Source: Hemiscyllium ocellatum
Lineage: Eukaryota
Direction: 5' to 3'
DNA length: 64,000 nt
Assembly (NCBI RefSeq): GCF_020745735.1
Contig: NW_026869159.1
Coordinates: forward strand, 1-64,000
Shown: in pieces, positions 26,316 through 38,520 of the stretch
Layout of the letters: each line of letters begins with the position of its first letter
How positions within the stretch are numbered: position 1 is the first letter of the stretch
Position numbers and translations under genes: made by a program
The notes under the pieces: model-generated
Seen by the model: the letters and a program-made list of their open reading frames with translations, nothing else
Databases searched by the model: none
Told to the model about the DNA's origin: nothing

Positions 26316-27165
26316 TTAACATTTTCTGCAGCTCCTTTCTGAATTGGACTGGGCAACTGTCAAAATGAAGAAATTGTTGTAAGAACAGAGCAATTGGCGC
26401 ATGCTGGTCTTCTTTTGAAAGATGCATTGTGAGTCGGTGATATGCAGGCTGGTGAAATAAACCTTACCTGTAAATTGGACACAGAGGGAAACCCAGCATG
26501 CGTGATCCACAGGCAGAGCAAGCTGAGAGAGATTGGAAAGAACAACGAATGTCTTGCAGTTGGGCATCACTGGGTGTCTGCCAATCTCAATAACCCAGAA
26601 TCACTTACGGGCTCAGCTAGCCACTAGATTACATGCTACAGTCAGGGCATTGAGTAGGAAAATGAAGGTGAATGGCAGACATGAGTTTAATAAATGGTCC
26701 AGCCAGTCATAGACCTGCCAGACAGGTAACCTATGGAAAGTCGATTTGATGTCGCAGAACCAGGGTACTCCATCTAACAAGTTTAGTGGCTGGTGGATGA
26801 AATGGAAAGAACTGGTCCAAAGCACAGACTATTCATATGAACAGCAATTCAGTTTTCTCAGTGTAATATCTGATCTTCAGATTTTACAGCAGATGGTCAG
26901 AAAGCAGCCCATGATGAATGACACTTTCAGTCACACTGAACAACATGAGCAACAAAAACTAGCACAGTTCTGAATCTACACGCAGCGGTGGTAGAAAGCA
27001 GACGATACCTAAAGTAAAGGGGGGTGACCCGGTCGTGGATGACTGCTATGATCATAACAAGGAAACCTGACACTGCTCTCGTCACGAGGTACTAAGGAAT
27101 GCACTGAAAATGTCCACACTATTTTCAGCACAGGATTGCACAATCACCACCAAGTTGTTTATGAG
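26316..27165 (-). pseudogene. GPR139/GPR142-like orphan GPCR pseudogene (exon 2)
   Basis: Frame-hopping translation NLVVIV..YLVTRAVSGFLVMIIAVI...HQPLNLLDGVPWFCDIKSTFHRLPVWQVYDWLDHLLNSCLPFTFIFLLNALTV...MRQLLCSYNNFFILTVAQS. Multiple stops and frameshifts. Confidence 0.8.
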
Positions 27166-27569
27166 GGATAAAAACAAGGATTTCTCTTACAAAGTGGGCT
27201 TAAGTCACCAACCATTGCCTGACCCAAGCTATTGTTGAAACTATCCAGATGTGTCTAGTTGCCAACTCCAAAGTTAATGCTAATTAATCCACACCGCATG
27301 CTCAGTTGAACATTTCCTAATACAGGTATCGTTGCAAATGTTGATTAACACAGCATCCGCTGTATGATGCTCAGTCAATCCAATTTAGTGCTAAAAACAT
27401 TTAGCTCAGTTATATTTGCTCATTGCTGAGTATGGTGATATGGCTATTCGGGCTTTTTTTAAACTGGCACAGACAATCAAAGGAAATGCGAACTGATGTA
27501 GTATTAAGCTAGTTTAAGCTAGCTCTGATTGTTGATGTGACTTTTATATCTGGTTACTGGAGCAATAGG

Positions 27570-27890
27570 AAGTAGTGGTGGCCCGGTGGCTCTCAGGGCC
27601 AGGGACCTGGGGTTTAATTCCAATCTTGGGTGACTGGCTGTGTGGAGTTTGCACATTCCAGACGTGTCTGCGTGTGTTTCCCTTGACTGCCCTGGTTTCC
27701 TGCCACAATCTAAAGATGTGAAGGTTAGGTGCACTAGCCATGACAAATTGCCCATAAGGTTCAGGGATGTGTAGGTATGATGCAGTAGTCAAAGGGTGAT
27801 AATAGGCTTGGGCAATGCGTCTCGGTGCATTACTCTTTGGAGGGTCAGCATGGACTTGTGAAATTGAAGGGCCTGTTTCCATACTTTAGT
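27570..27890 (+). mobile_element. V-SINE/HE1-type SINE
   Basis: Same conserved core as 20862-21130. Confidence 0.8.
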
Positions 27891-29219
27891 TATTCTATGA
27901 AGTACAACACCAAAACTTTTTGTGGGACTGTTGAAATAGAAATTGATGACACACTAAAATAAACGTTGAACACAAATACTCACCCTTGTTCTGATGTAGT
28001 CCACATCCACACATACTCCATAATTCACATTTTGGCTCATTGACAACAGGAATATTGGAATGGCGAATTGTTTTTTGTTCAGTGTAAATAACTTTACAAT
28101 GGCTGCTAGTTTGTGCTACTCATTTCGATTTGAACTTGCTGTTTACCTATTTTGTTGCAAGTGTATTGGGCATTCAGTTCTAGAGGCACTTAACAAGTTA
28201 TAGCTTTTTGTTTATCCTCCAGTCATTTCTCTTAATTTCCTCTTAGATTTGTGCTCTCTTTACCCTTATGTCACGACCAAGTTGTCATTTTGTCACACTC
28301 TTCCACTCTTTAATTTACTGCACTCTCCGAAATTTCATTAATTATCCTGCAACATTTAGTTTCAAATCTTTGCGACCTTCCTAGTTTCGTAAATTCACAT
28401 CAACAAAGCTACCAGCACCACACAGCTTATTGTGGCCTCATTTTTGCAAATACCACATTCACCAGTACCAATGCCGCTGCATGACTTCTCCTTCAGCAAT
28501 CATTCAGAAAATCATTCATTTTTCTAACATAACTTTTTCTATTCCACATGGTCAACACGAACTTTGACATTCAGCTTCATAATTTCATACTTCGTACAGA
28601 TTTCAAAGAACCTCTGCCGTTTATCCACCTGCGCCATTTGTACATGAGTGCAAGGATGGGATACTCTCCTTGGAGATCCTCTCCGTCACAATTCATATTC
28701 CTCTCCCTTAGATGACGTACTAAAATCTGGCACCACTCAGACAGCATATAAGATACTGAAGGGGATCGATACAGCAGATAAAGAGAGGAAGTATATTCTT
28801 GTTGAGGAATCTAAAACGGAGGGGGCAGAGTAATGAAAAAGACAGTCCCAGTCTTTAGAGATTTGAGGGAGGACTTATTTTCTTTGAGGGTCATAATTCT
28901 TTGAGATTCTGTTTCCCTCAGTACAATGCCATCCAATTCATAGTGGCTAGATAAAGCGTGAACGAGACGGAATCTCTGAAAATGTGAGGTAGAGCAAATG
29001 GTGAGGAAGACTCAAACAACCAAGGAATAGATTGAGACAGCCAACCATATTTATTCCTAATGAATAGTGACTGAAGAACCAGCCAATTGCAACTGGAAGT
29101 CATGCCACCCGAGTTTTTCAGTAAGTAAAGCCCCCTTTTGATCTGCGATCAGTCGCTGATATAAGACTATAAAAGCCATCGTTTTACACAGCGTATTATT
29201 TGCTGTTGAACTACGAACC

Positions 29220-29640
29220 ATGTATACTCTGTGTTATACGCTGATACTCGTGGCTATGCTGCTCGGTGCGTCTGAGCTGAAACCGTCATTACATGTTTCA
29301 TTGCTTTTTGCTGCACACATCTTTTTGATCCATTTGTTATCCATGATTCAGTTTTCCAGGATCCGTTTCAGTTTAACTTCATGAAGGACAGACTCTAAAA
29401 CTGAACTGTAGCTACACAACAGAATCCTCGAATCCATCCAGTATTCCAGGGAAACTCTTGAGATATTTGAGATCTAAAGGGGGAAGGGAGATAAGTCTCC
29501 AGAGTTTTCTGAGCAGCTTTCTCTAATTTGGACGAAGACAAACAAAGAGTTCCTTTCAGTTCTTGTCTCTAACTCTACCGCCTATGACTGCACACTGCTG
29601 CCCATGCTGTTGTAGAGGTGCAGTCAAACAATAAACAACT
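29220..29640 (+). pseudogene. TCR V pseudogene with intact-looking leader
   Basis: Leader exon 29220-29265 MYTLCYTLILVAMLL with GTGCGT donor. V remnants EGQTLKLNCSYTT, DKSPEFSEQLFSNLDEDKQRVP, VSNSTAYDCTLL. WY region deleted, frameshifts; decayed RSS (catgctg...acaataaac). Confidence 0.8.
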
Positions 29641-30328
29641 CTTACCTCTACCCATTCACAGATTCTGACCTGCGTTATGAATTGCTAACATGGTCAAAAC
29701 TTACAAAAGCCACTTTTTCCAACGATTTCTTTCTGTGTTGCGTTCTGTACAAAATCCTTCTTTACAGCTGTTGTATGTATTATTCATGGCACAACTCATT
29801 GCAAGACGGACTCCGAAATTAAGACAGCAACAAAATTCGTTATTGCACGTCACTACCCTCACTCAAAGATTGACACTTCAGAGAACCATGCTTTCAGATG
29901 ATATCTGTCTTGTTATTTGTTTGTATCCCAAAGAGCCGTCATTTTCGGTTTCTTTCAGAATGATGTTGACAGAGTTGTGATCTTAGATTATGCAAGATCT
30001 TGGATGCACTGTAGATCACAAATGTCCGATTGAATGGCAGAGCAGTCTAAAGGGCCAAATAGCCACTGCAACTCACACTCTGTGTTCATGTGACTGACTC
30101 TCTGTGGTCATTGACAGGAAAACAGAGGCTTTGTCAGCTGATTGTGTGTCACAGCGTGTCTGCGTCAGATATGAATCAATCGTCATCGAATCCGGACGTG
30201 ACGTCTTCCCAATTTTGATTTGAAACTGGTCAGCTTCTGTATCTTCTATTCAAACCCACAATTGGCTCTGAGCTGATACCGTTCATTTATAGCTCGCTCT
30301 GTTTAAACCCACTGATTGCTCTTTAAGG

Positions 30329-30833
30329 ATGTCTCCTCATATTACTTACTTATTCGTAACCGTAACAGTTCTCTTAAATGGTAAGTTGCTGAGTTTTAAA
30401 ACGTACGCAATATGGGATCAGCAGTCTCCCCCTTCAGCTGTCTTTCACTGTATTATGATACATGTCTTTAATTTGAAAATAGTTATTAGAATCGTCCATT
30501 AAATTCATTTTTTTCTAAATTTCAGTTGGTGTCAATTGTGCAAACCATGTCTCACAGAAGCCGGTTACAATAGCACAGATTGAAGGAGATTCAGTAACTA
30601 TTCATTTCAGCTATTCAACCACTGTTGATTCATATTCCTTACAATTGTACCGCCAAGATCCGGGTACACCCCCGACATTCTTGATCTACATCCCTAGATA
30701 CGGGAAAGTCTTCAAAGCAAAAGATGTTGGCGATCGATTTTCTGCATCTCTGGACACTTCCAGTACGGAGGGGAATTTTACCATCAGCAGACTTCAGCTG
30801 TCTGACAACGCGATGTATTACTGTGCGCTCAGA
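30329..30833 (+). pseudogene. TCR V-alpha-like segment with open frame but probably non-functional (leader 30329-30380, V exon 30526-30833)
   Basis: MSPHITYLFVTVTVLLN + GTAAGT. V: VGVNCANHVSQKPVTIAQIEGDSVTIHFSYSTTVDSYSLQLYRQDPG...LSDNAMYYCALR. First canonical Cys replaced by Phe (TTC 30606), FR2 Trp by Leu (TTG 30645). RSS GACAGTG-23-ACATAAACA at 30834-30872. Confidence 0.88.
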
Positions 30834-31833
30834 GACAGTGAGTGGAAGTAGAGGGAGTCTCGTACATAAACACCGCCCAATGTAACAAAATGCAAAGTGT
30901 GGCTGGTATAGTTGGGGGTACAGTCGGAAATAACATTTACTTCCTCAATTTATACAAGAATTCACTGAATTCAAATGAACCAAAGCAATTAATAAGGCGA
31001 CAGCATTGGGGCAGGTGTGTTGTCCTCAGGTGATATCGAATACATCTTGAATAAAATGCAAATATGTGATTAGCGAATCTATGCCATTCTGAAAATTAAA
31101 ATCATTGTAATCGAATGACTGTCAAAAATATTCCAACCGGTAAAGAAGGTGTTTAGAACAGAACATGAGGCAAAGGTACTAAATCGTGTGGAATGCAGAG
31201 GAAACTGAAAACCGTACCTACAGTCTTATGTGGAATATCTAGATTTGCAAGAGAAATTTTATCAATCTCAAAGGTATATTTTGAACAAGGGCTGATTTCT
31301 GATCATCCAATGTACATTTTGGGAAATTGGAGCTCACTATTCCTATGAGGCAGATTATTTCTGAAGTTAGCTTTGATCATTTGCTTGCATTGATAACAAT
31401 CATTTTTGCGCCTGCCAATATTGTAGAGGCTTAGAATTAATATGTGTAAGTATCTTTAATACGGAGAGGCCTGTAATCAGGTTTGTACAATTGTCTGGAC
31501 TTTCACTGTACGTACTTCAGTGTCCACAATAAACTGTATTTTAAATTTTAAACTACCCTTCCTCTCTGAAACTACGAGAGCATATCTCCTTCTAGAAAGA
31601 AAGGATTTTCTTTCTTTATGACGAGTTCCAAGAGATCGCCAAATCAACAGTACTCTTTTATTTCCTGCTGCAGTCACTACCAGCGTTAATAATTGACGTG
31701 AATATTTTAAATCATCTTTATATGCACTATGCTCAAGGCTTTTCCGCACTGGTATCTACTGAAGTAACAGTGTGCGACATCCTGTTGAGAACAGCCTTCG
31801 ACAGGCAACAGCTGTGACCCAGAAACCTGCGGC

Positions 31834-31872
31834 AGTTATTGTACGAGGCTTTCACTCGTTCTCATCACAGTG
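31834..31872 (-). other. RSS: CACTGTG - 23 nt - ACAATAACT
   Basis: Heptamer 31872-31866, nonamer 31842-31834. Confidence 0.88.
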
Positions 31873-33081
31873 ATGCTCATTGCACAGTAATACACCGCGG
31901 TGTCAGACGGCACCAGCTCCGATATTGTCAATCGGTACAACTTGTCAGATTTTTGGATTGTATCAGCAAACCGGGTCTGAGCAAAATCCGCCTTAAATTC
32001 ACCACCTCCGCTCTCGAGCCTCCGGACTGCGAACTCGTGTTGCCTGCCCGGGTACTGACGGTACCAGAACAAGTAATAAGCATTGCTGGTGTACGTGCAG
32101 TTTAAAGTCACATCTTCTCCCTCTGTCTGTGTGACCAAGAGCTCCCGCTGACTAACAGAATCTCCATCGCTCAGACCTGGAACACAGGGTTAAAGAAAGC
32201 GGAAATCGTTGATTAGATGTACAGTTAAAAATGCATGCTGATGGCTAAAATGTCGCATTCCGTTTGATGTAAGTTTAAACAGGAATGTTATCATAAAACA
32301 AAAAAAAAGTAACTCCAGGTGCTGGAAAGCTCAGTTGTGAAGAAATGCTACTGGATCCGAAACTGCTTTAATCCTGTTTTTTTTTTCTCCAAGATGCTAT
32401 CAAAGTTATGGAGTTTTCCCAGCAATATCTGTTTTCTTTTAATATAAGAAATGCTTCAGAAAAAGTGGAAAATATTCGTTTTAGCAATCCACACGAGAAT
32501 CTACCTTCCCCCTCTTGCTCTAATTTTATTTGTATGTCCATCTTTCGATCTCTTCATTATCTGTTTAGAAGACTCCCTCTTCATGACTTTATGGCCTGAC
32601 TCAACTCAACCTGATGCCAGTGAGTTTCATGTTCTGAAGCCAAAGCAGAATTTCCTTAGCTTTTCCATTCTATCACGTTTCTTACCCCTTTACTAAGACT
32701 CGTCGTTTTGGAATCCTGCATCATCTGAAACATTGTCTCCATGTTGACCCCTCCAAAAACATTTGTCAATCTTATCTTTATTAGAGAAACTAAGTATCAC
32801 GTTTTGGGTTGTACTTTTCCAAAGCTATCACCCCTTAAAGCTGGTATCATTACTGCAATTAATCATATCGTGTTTTGTGTCCCTATGTTCTTCCTGCAAG
32901 ATATAGAGAAAATCGGTTCACAATGGCTGAAGTGTAAAGCAGCCAGAATTCAATATTTACTGAAAAAGATACGGGTTTGGATCACACATAGCAATAGACA
33001 AATTCAACACTTCTCTTCAGTGTAAAACTTCTTACCAATGATGAATGCCACGGAAACCATCACGAAAACTGAGAACAGCAT
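31873..33081 (-). CDS. Intact TCR alpha/delta V gene segment (leader exon 33081-33036, intron 33035-32177, V exon 32176-31873)
   Basis: Leader MLFSVFVMVSVAFII + GTAAG, acceptor TTCCAG. V: GLSDGDSVSQRELLVTQTEGEDVTLNCTYTSNAYYLFWYRQYPG...LTISELVPSDTAVYYCAMS. Confidence 0.93.
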
Positions 33082-33122
33082 TACTGCTGCTCTGGTTTCT
33101 GACCACTTGTTTGTGTCTCAGA

Positions 33123-33135
33123 AATCTGCAGAATA
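33123..33135. promoter_or_regulatory. CRE palindrome (TGACGTCA) fused to an ETS core (ACTTCC), ~42 nt upstream of the V ATG
   Basis: Sequence tgacgtcacttcc. CRE motifs are established elements of TCR V promoters; a similar tgacgtcttcc lies at 30199 upstream of the plus-strand V. Confidence 0.6.
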
Positions 33136-34993
33136 TCGAATAAGAGAAAAAATGAGACCCAGAGCATTGGCTGAGATTAGTCTGACGTCACTTCCTTCAC
33201 AGCAAGCTGCGATGATCACAGAATCTGTTTGCCTATGTGTCATTTTCGCCAAAAAACTCTGTCTTTCAGCCACAAAACTTACATTCTGCTCGTCAGGAAA
33301 AAAAAAATCAGAGTTGATATAGACAGCCTTGTTTCTAATAAACCCGATAAACGTTAATCTGAAATATTTAACTCAAAGAACTACAATGTACAGGAAGATC
33401 CTTTGTTTATTTTATTCAAAGTGACTGATCAGACTGAATTTGTAGATGGGTTTGGCTTCAATTAATTTCGTACTGCAGACACACAGGGTATTTTTTGTCA
33501 CTTTCACTCAGGGATTGACGGTTGTTGAATGGATGAACTTTGGGTATCTGAAGCCCGAAAGGGAACCAACATTGTGAGGTGGGCAGATCCAGTGGAGATT
33601 GTCAATTCGAAATGTGTTGGGATATTTTTCATGGGAGGTGGAAATGATTGTCCAGGATTCCTCCTGCGAACAGAACACATACCAGTATTGAACGAACATC
33701 GTGAAATCGAATTGATGTTTGGAGGCTTTGGTTGAGGCATGTTTCAAAGAATGGAACCAGTTCTTTGAGAAATATGGCCACTTCATAAGAACGCAGGAGA
33801 AAGGAACAAAGTGGATTTATTCAGCAGACAACAGGATTTCCGAGAGACCTTTAACCAATTTCGGCAATTAATTGTTTTATGTTTCAACAGTCAAAGTCAG
33901 AGAAGGAACACAGATCATGTTGCTCGAGGATCAGAAATGGAGGTCTCCAATTGACAGAGTTGTTGTCCGACTATGCGAGCTTCCTTCACCCCATGCAGAC
34001 GGTCAGTGGGTCTGAGGAATTCGGGCTTAGTGATGAGGTGGATAAACAGCTACCTTCGTTATTATCTAAATGAGAGTGATTTTTTTTATTTTTGCTGTAT
34101 TAACTGGTGAGATTAAATATAAACAGAATTCACTTTAGCTTTTATTTACGACATTGCAAATGTAACTGATGTACCAATGCCAGATTCTCTGTAGTTCCTG
34201 AAAGAATATGGTTCGCTGCCTCATTTTGAAGGAATATTACAGCCAAATATCTGCTTTACCAACGGCGCTCAAATGGCATAACGGATCTTTAAATAGACAT
34301 TTGTGTAGTGTCTCTTTAGATCTGAATGGAAGTGACGAGAGAGCAGAGATGCACATTACCACAGCTTCAAATATGGTCGGAAGTGCAAGTAATCCTGCCA
34401 AGTTTACAGATGACGCAAAACCACGTGGGGAGAACAAAAGAATGCAGATACTTTAGAAGAGATAGAAATCCCTGAACAAATCCATGGTCACTGAAATCTC
34501 CAGAAATGCTGCACAATCAGAAAATCAAAAAAAAAGTAACGAGACGTGGTATCGAATTATAGGTTTTTGTGAATCGTTTTCGAGACAATTGGATTGTGTA
34601 ACTATTAGTAAAATGTCAGTAATGTTAAAGGAAAGGCCACTTTCTTTCATATTTCATTGATTTATGATTAATTCTGATCTTTAATATCTGTGCATCACAA
34701 TCGTTATACTTTGCATTCTTCCATTTCTCCTTGAATGGATTCTCATCATTCTGTCCTTTGCAAGTATTATTGCTGTATTTCTCCCATTTATCTTTCTTTC
34801 CATTACTGTTGTTTGATTTCATGCATGATCGTGCATTATCTCCACACACATTTCCAATTCTCTTCACTTCTGACTTGTTTACATCTTGTTTCTGCACATT
34901 TTATATTTTACTTCTCATTCCCCTTAACCATCATAATCGCATTCGTAACCTTGATACATCAAAACCAGGATGGCGGTCCTTCCACTAAGTGTA

Positions 34994-35032
34994 CATTTAT
35001 GTTAAGTGAGTCCATCTGTTTGTAACACTGTG
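34994..35032 (-). other. RSS: CACAGTG - 23 nt - ACATAAATG
   Basis: Consensus heptamer 35032-35026, nonamer 35002-34994. Confidence 0.85.
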
Positions 35033-35365
35033 CACTGGTCACATAGAGATAAGTAGCGGTATGACTAAATGTGGCGTCGCTCACAGTTAGGGTACGGTGT
35101 TTGTTGTCTGCACTGGTTGTAGTGGTGATCATGTTGTGCTAATCAGCTTCTGTTGTGCTCATCACAAGACTCTAACGTGGCTGACTCAGGAGCTGTCTGT
35201 ACCAACGCATCGTGATAACTGCAGTGGTGTGAAGCAGTTGAAGAACTTGGTTCCCGTTTCATTAACAACTGTCCACTGAGGACGTTGCGATACTTGATCT
35301 TCTCCAATCATTTCCAAGCAGGTCAATGTGGGAAGCAACAAAATGACTTTGTAAATCTGAAGCAT
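35033..35365 (-). pseudogene. TCR V pseudogene with leader and V apparently in one exon
   Basis: MLQIYKVILLLPTLTCLEMIGEDQVSQRPQWTVVNETGTKFFNCF / TTAVITMRWYRQLLSQPR*...RTLTVSDATFSHTATYLY. One frameshift, stops, second Cys lost. Confidence 0.85.
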
Positions 35366-35685
35366 TGTCAAATTAATGAAAAGTAGAGTTAAGCAGCTGT
35401 TCACAGAGCTCCGTTTAGAACCAGGAAATAAATATTAAGTGTTAACAAGGATAAAAAGAACCCTCCTCAAGTCTCACTTTGAGCCAACTTCCTGTCTGAG
35501 TTAAGGAAGTGGTTGTGTCTTGTTGATTGTCTCTCTCTGTTTAGGTCACTCTGGCTCCAGTCCTCCAGTTCGATATTCATTGCAGACACTCACTGCCTTC
35601 TAGTGGAATTCTCTGGAAATTGCAAAGTATTTTTTTTCACACTACAATGTCAACGTGCCGATGTTTGACTGGGATACACAAACTT

Positions 35686-35928
35686 AAAAATCGCACAATA
35701 CCAGGTTATTGTCTAACAGTTTTATTTAAAAGCACAAGATCTTGGAGCCCTGATTCTTCCTCAGGTAGATAGTGGCATGAGCTGCACGACATTTTGATTT
35801 TTTTTGCTGAAAATTCTGTGTTCAATGTTCCTGCCTGTCACGAACTACCTGACGAACGAGCAGCATTCTAAAATTTTGTACTTTCATTTAAACTTGTTGG
35901 ACTACAACCGGGTGTTGTATGATTTTTT
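35686..35928. mobile_element. Short non-autonomous element with ~85-bp imperfect inverted arms
   Basis: aaaaatcgcacaataccaggttattgtctaacag at left versus ctgttggactacaaccgggtgttgtatgattttt-type sequence at right. Single arms occur at ~21440-21530 and ~39860-39940. Confidence 0.65.
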
Positions 35929-37989
35929 AATTTCTCACCACAGAGTGAGTTGCATGTGCAACAGTCTATGTTACTGAATTTGCCTTTGATAAGGTTGTGT
36001 CATGGGACGTTAAGATATTGGAATAGTTAGTTAAGCACTTCGATGGAGTAGCAGTCAAGCCAATTCTTTTATTTTATTTTATTTTCTGTCTGTATTTTAA
36101 CTACAGTGTAAAAATAAAACGTGTCTTGCCTAAAGACAAGAACTTTGACCAATCGAACTACATCTGGAACGCAATGCCTTCCATTTATCTTTAAAAAAGA
36201 AAAACTTAGGATCTATGCTTACTATATTTTGATGGGGTTTGGTTTGATTTGGTCCGTCACATTGTATTTGCGCAGTTCATTTGACGACTCATGTTTTTCC
36301 TTCTGTGTATACATATGCATATCCGCTGTGTGTGCATGTGTGTTTGTGTGCGCGTGTGTATGTCTTTGAATATATGCACTTTCATCTCTGTGCAAAATGG
36401 GAGATACGTTTGGCTTGAGATTGAATGATTTTCAGTGTAAAAGCATCGCTCCTTGTTGCTGCTTTCTGATTCAAATGATACAATGCCACTTTCTGCTGGT
36501 GAATCGATGCTCTTGCAAATTCAGCAGATATTTGGGAAGGTATCACTTTTTTTGTGGCGTTTTCTTGAAAATATTTTCAAGGGATATTTTCCGATTTTCG
36601 AAATGTAGTAGAGCTAGAGGTCATTATCTGAACATATCAACTTTTGAAAGAACTTTCAATTTCAGACAGAGATGAGAGAAATATTTCTTGCCGAGGGTTG
36701 TCAGTGTTTGGAATTACCTTCTGCAAAAGGCAGAGCCCACTATTTGGTGTAAAACTTTCGTTGATTCTCAAGGTCCACACGTTAAGTAAGGGATGGATAT
36801 TGATAAAGAACCTTTCATGGCTGAGAATATCTCGAATTGTGTTTCAGGTAGTGGAGCATTTCTGAAGTGCAGCCGGTTTTGCTTAGAAAATTAGGAACCT
36901 GATTTCAGTATCAGAGATAAAGATACGAATGCCGAATTGCGGTGAGACCTCATATAACATTAGAAATTGAAATGTTTAGATTTCCAAATGCAGCTGGATA
37001 ATTGGAATGCCTGTACCACCAAAAGACCTGCTGTTCCTGGAATGTCCCAAATCTTAAAGAATTTATCAAAGTTCACATCATCTCCTGATTTACCTGTCCT
37101 TGAGGCTAAATTTAACATAAAGCATTGAGCAGGTTTCTGTGTTTAATGGGAATCAATATTTATTGGAAATTAATAGTTTCCATATACAGGTAAAAATTAT
37201 GAGCTGACGATATACAACTCTATCATTTAAATCCCTAACTACCATGAACCATTATCCCGTTATGCTTGGATATAGACATGCCAGGCATTGGTATTAGGGC
37301 AGACTATTATTTCTTGGCAGGACAGAACTTAAACCTTGTGAGAAGGAGGCAGAAGTTTAAGCTTATTAGCCTTGTACTCACGATGGCTCCAAAGACACGG
37401 ATTTGAATGAAGAACAGAATGTTATTGGATGGACTATCTTTAGGGTGGAAACGTAGCAAGAACAGTTCCTTGCCAATCTTAATTTTCTTACTAAGAAAAT
37501 TAATATACTTATGTTGATCATTGTGTGATGGGACCAGAGTGAGAAAAGGGATGCATAAAGTTCTAAATACCTTGTTCATAGCTTTGCTTCCTTGTTGTGC
37601 CATGGGCATTTACACAAATGTGAGTTGTTTTTTCATACTTGAGAGTGCTTTTGTTTATATAAGTTTCATTCATCAATGACTTAGGATATGGTTACCTTTA
37701 TAAGAGTCACGATTTGGCTCTAATTCATTCTGTCCTGCTTTTTCTTCACTGAAATGCATCGGTTTTTATAAAGTTAGATTCTGCTTTGTGGTTACCTCTA
37801 TCCACATACTGGATCAGGGATTCGAGCATGCAGATTCGACCGATGATGGAGCAGAAACGAGGAGTGAAATCAAGGAAGCAAGCTGAGTCAAACAACTGTG
37901 TTTTCATTTTTCATGATAGATAGTTTCGATTAATAACAAGGACAAAACAATCAACACTCCAGTAAAATTGCTCACACTCTGATTTCTTC

Positions 37990-38520
37990 AAGGATTGCAT
38001 TCCATTCTCCCAGTTTCTCAATTACTATCGTGCATATTCGGATGATTCCCCTTCCATTGGGTGCCTCCGATATTGCCTCTTTGCATTACTTACCTCCCCA
38101 CTGTGATTCGTATACCTTAAGCCCCGGAACCATTTTCCACAGATCTGATATCACCAAGAAATACAGTTCTTCTTGTTTTCACTTACCAACTCACCAATTT
38201 CCACGTTTAAACTATTACTGTCCACCATTTCCAACGTTTGCAATATAAAACTGCCACCACCAACGTTACATAATAATTGTTACGTCCATGGCACTCTCAT
38301 CCATGCCTATCTCACTCCTATGGTTTCTCACGCTCCAATTGCACATTCCAGGTGATTGAAGAAAGTATCATGTTTGCCTTTTCACCTCCTGTTTCCTTTT
38401 TGTTCACAGCCTCAAGCACACATCCCAGGTGAAGCAACGTTTTACTTGTACTTCTTTCAATCAATCTACTGTTTGCAACGTTGTCTGCTCAGAATGACGT
38501 CTCTTTTCCATTGTTGAGAT
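37990..38520 (+). mobile_element. Degenerate Penelope-like fragment (post-RT region to start of GIY-YIG)
   Basis: IPFSQFL..., IFHRSDITKKYSS and QVKQRFTCTS-like remnants resembling the 2750-3200 region of the element above. Confidence 0.55.

Noticed and set aside
33500-33790. V-like words on the minus strand (QYWY, RRNPGQS, SAHLTM...ASDT) with a nonamer-like ACAAAAAAT
   Set aside because: No canonical cysteines or heptamer; could be chance.
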